Part shown: piece by piece, positions 61,338 through 64,000 of the stretch | Numbering within the stretch: position 1 is the first letter of the stretch | Layout of the letters: every line of letters starts with the position of its first letter | Origin: Puccinia triticina | Lineage: Eukaryota | Assembly: GCA_026914245.1 (NCBI GenBank) | Contig: CP110440.1 | Span: 2,914,001 to 2,978,000, forward strand | Direction of reading: 5' to 3' | Length of the DNA: 64,000 nucleotides | Made by a program: the position numbers and the translations under genes | Notes under the pieces: generated by a model | Told to the model about the DNA's origin: nothing | What the model saw: only the letters and a program-made list of their open reading frames with translations | The model's database searches: none

Positions 61338-62557
61338 TTTGGGGGAATAGAGCTTAGAGAGGGATGAGTGCGTGAAAAGCTGCCTCTCAGGTTGGGAGAG
61401 TAATATGGGACAAGAATAAGAGTATGGACTCTTAAAGAAAAGTGTGGCTGATGAAGTATTGAGAATAGTGCTTTCTAGACGAAATCAAGGGGGAAAATAT
61501 ACTGTAAAATATGTGGTAAAATAGGCTATGTAATTCTTATTCTGTGACCAGGGATGCAAAGTGACAATCTGATGGGGGACAAACAGAATGGGCCAAAAGG
61601 CTCTACATTTATAGTGAGGGGACAACAGGTGGTTCTGAGACAAAGAGAAAGATGGGAACAGGGTACAAAAAGCCTCCAACAAGGTGACAAGGCAACAAAA
61701 CAACAAGGCATCTACTACATGGCTTGGGATGACATAAGAGGAAAACAATAACCATGGCGCATCAGCCGCCATGCATCTGAGAAAGAGTTACGCCTTGCTG
61801 GAATATAGAGGAGTTAATTCTAGTGAACACTCAGGGTCCTTCCTAATAGTCTGGCTCTGTTTGATGGTGGACTTTCTCCCACTTTGAACCTGATTGTGTA
61901 CATATTTTATTACCCATTGTGGAGGGCCATCCATGAAAGTGAATACTGAGAAGTTGAGGCGCCTTGTAGAGATGATTCTAGGCTATTATGAAGTGTCTGT
62001 GGGCGTGGATTACAGGTACCAGAGTGATTTCTAGAGGGCGTTTGGCGGTGATTCCTTCCTGGTGAGTGTCTGAGTGATGTAATAAGGTTTTGATTAGGCT
62101 CACCACATCCACCCCCAAATTAGATGATGTCCCCATCATCCAACCTTGAGTGAGGTATGACAAAGAGAGGAGAAAAGAAAATAGGGCAAGGCAAAAGAAG
62201 ACTGTGACGTGGCAAGTTTGATTGGTTTTTGTGCAGATTTTGTTTTTTGTATGTTTTGATTTTTCTTCTAGCGTAAAAAAATTGAGTTGAGTTTGAAGAA
62301 TAGAAAAGCTATGAACAAGTGAGGCAGAAATAAGATTTGGTTGATTTATATTTCTTTAGTGAATTTTATGCTGTTTTTTCTTGTTTGATTTTATTGTAAA
62401 TTTCCAGGAAATAATGTGATGACAAAGAGGTATATCTAGATGAAGAAATAAAGGAAAAATGTAAAAAGAATTTTTAGGGGAAATGGGTGGAGAAGCCACC
62501 CCCAAATTGGTGTGATCCTTGCGGCGTAGCTATCCTTAGTTTTGTCTCCAGAGCTGT

Positions 62558-62890
62558 TTATGTCATCCGCGCTAGAAGTTCCAGACCTTGGGGCTCCTCC
62601 TTTGTCGTTGCTCGCGCCTCCAATAGCAATCCGTCTGCTTTCGCGCCATCAAGAGCTCCAATAGCTTTATTAGCTCCCTCCCGACTTGTGAACACGACCA
62701 AAGCAAATAGCTCTATCCCAGATCCGACGTGTGGCGTAAAAGATTCCCTTATAGATCCGTGCTCTTTCAGCGCTTCTGTGATGTCTGCGGCGGAAGTTCC
62801 CGGCGCAATATTAAAGAGATAGATGGGCCAGAAATGTGCTAAGGAGGTTTCAGCCGACTGATTTGCAGGGACTTTAAAATGGTTACTCAT
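62558..62890 (-). CDS. Small single-RRM RNA-binding protein (110 aa)
   Basis: ATG to TAA intact. RNP2-like IYLFNI, helix TSAADITEALKEHGSI, RNP1-like FALVVF, then REGANKAIGALDG. CpG-rich. Confidence 0.75.
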   Translation of the reverse strand: MSNHFKVPANQSAETSLAHFWPIYLFNIAPGTSAADITEALKEHGSIRESFTPHVGSGIELFALVVFTSREGANKAIGALDGAKADGLLLEARATTKEEPQGLELLARMT

Positions 62891-63191
62891 TTCGAAGGAG
62901 TTGTATTGAGATGTTCACAAAAAAATGCTAATCCGAACAGGTTGGCAGGATGTAAGTGGGTCGTGGTAAGAAGGCTCTCGCGAGATGGAGGGAAAGAAAC
63001 TGGGGTGTGCGCCGGTCGGTCAAACCCCTCAATCAACAAGCACCACGCGAATCGTCTCCGGTCTAGCTTCTAGATGGTATTGTGCGCCGCGTTGTTAGCA
63101 AGGCCACCTTTGAACTGAGGATGGCGCTACCGCTATCGCCTCAAGCATCATTTCCAGTCCCAGTTGTGCAAGCTATGCTTGTTGTTTTTGT

Positions 63192-63492
63192 TTTTGGACC
63201 GGCCTAGGCCGGAAACTTGTCTTGTACATTTGTTGATTTGATTTTGGACCGGCCTAGGCCGGAAACTTGCTTTCTTTAATTTATACCGACGTTATTGTTA
63301 CTGGCCCGTTGAGAGCTCGAAGTCGGCGTGGTCGCGGAGATGTAGGCCAAAGATCATGTTACTGGCTAGACAAACGCTTGTAGTTCGGCGTGGTCGCAGA
63401 GATCTAAGCCGATGGTCTTGTTCCCAACTAGACGAAAGTTTGAAGTCCTCGGATTCTTCCGAGCAAAAGGAGAGCACCCAAAGCTATATAAA
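63192..63492. promoter_or_regulatory. Candidate bidirectional promoter with duplicated palindromes and TATA box
   Basis: TTTTGGACCGGCCTAGGCCGGAAACTTG twice (63192-63219, 63242-63269). Second repeat TGTTACTGGC...TCGGCGTGGTCGC.GAGAT twice. TATATAAA at 63485. Confidence 0.5.
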
Positions 63493-63595
63493 GGGGATTG
63501 AGATGATGGCGAAAATCCACATCCACCCCAAGTTCCTCATTACTATCAGTCCTTGCTAAGCCAACACACAAACTTCACCTCATCTCCTGTTTACC

Positions 63596-64000
63596 ATGTC
63601 TTTTATTCCTGAATCGCCTATTGATGGTGCCTGGGATCCAAACTCCCAAACAAACGCGCGCAGCGGTTACGGCAAAACCAATACTCCCTTATCTTTAGTA
63701 AATAATTATCCCCTTGGTTCACAAAATTATCCTATCTTAATCCACTCCGACGACGAAGATTTCATCGCTGGAGCACATGTAGCAGCCTCCTATGTCACTC
63801 GGGTTGTTGAACTCCCGCAACTTCATGTTTTTCGGCAACGCCTCCGCCTCCTTGTTGCCAGAACGCAATTCCAACACAATCAACCGACTAGAAGAGCTCG
63901 TCGAAATGGCCATGCCCGCGGCAGTCGTCCGGTGGTCCTGGAATTCCGCCATGTTGAGCGCAAACTTGAGGCGCTGATAAATGGTAGCTTTGAGATTCAA
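63596..64000 (+). CDS. 5' part of an unknown protein gene, open to the window end
   Basis: ACCATG context ~110 bp after the TATA box. 135 codons without a stop (MSFIPESPIDGAWDPNSQ...LINGSFEIQ). Missing from the ORF track because it has no stop. Confidence 0.5.
   Translation, partial: MSFIPESPIDGAWDPNSQTNARSGYGKTNTPLSLVNNYPLGSQNYPILIHSDDEDFIAGAHVAASYVTRVVELPQLHVFRQRLRLLVARTQFQHNQPTRRARRNGHARGSRPVVLEFRHVERKLEALINGSFEIQ

Noticed and set aside
63737..64000. Minus-strand 87-aa ORF
   Set aside because: It is antisense to a longer plus-strand frame that has TATA and ACCATG support.
1..64000. tRNA, rRNA or telomeric arrays
   Set aside because: None recognised by eye. Only isolated TTAGGG/CCCTAA hexamers occur.

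Overview
Eukaryotic, transposon-dense DNA, most likely a rust fungus (Pucciniales, Puccinia-like). That assignment is inferred from GT-AG introns, short-LTR Copia elements with a GGTTATGAGCCC primer site, CpG decay and element style. No database search was run. Almost all of 1-62 kb is nested, mostly degenerate mobile DNA: three Copia remnants (one full-length, 31026-39073), Ty3/Gypsy remnants, three solo LTRs, hAT pieces, MITEs and several non-autonomous CACTA-type elements. Four structures stand out. (1) A ~19.4-kb block (~15 kb without nested insertions) bracketed by an 87-bp inverted repeat (40557-40643 / 59772-59858). It holds a CACTA/CMC Tnp2-type transposase and two divergent, HeH-like-headed genes with long coding tandem repeats. 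(2) A decayed minus-strand ORF (12.8-16.3 kb) joining a tyrosine-recombinase-like motif set to a RecQ helicase, next to a SNF2 helicase pseudogene. (3) A young 2352-bp non-autonomous LTR element carrying one long open frame and no tRNA primer site. (4) A multi-level nest inside the full-length Copia. Only the last ~1.5 kb looks like CpG-rich, intact genic DNA: a small RRM gene and a divergent ORF running off the window end. Domain calls are by visual motif recognition and pseudogene boundaries are approximate.
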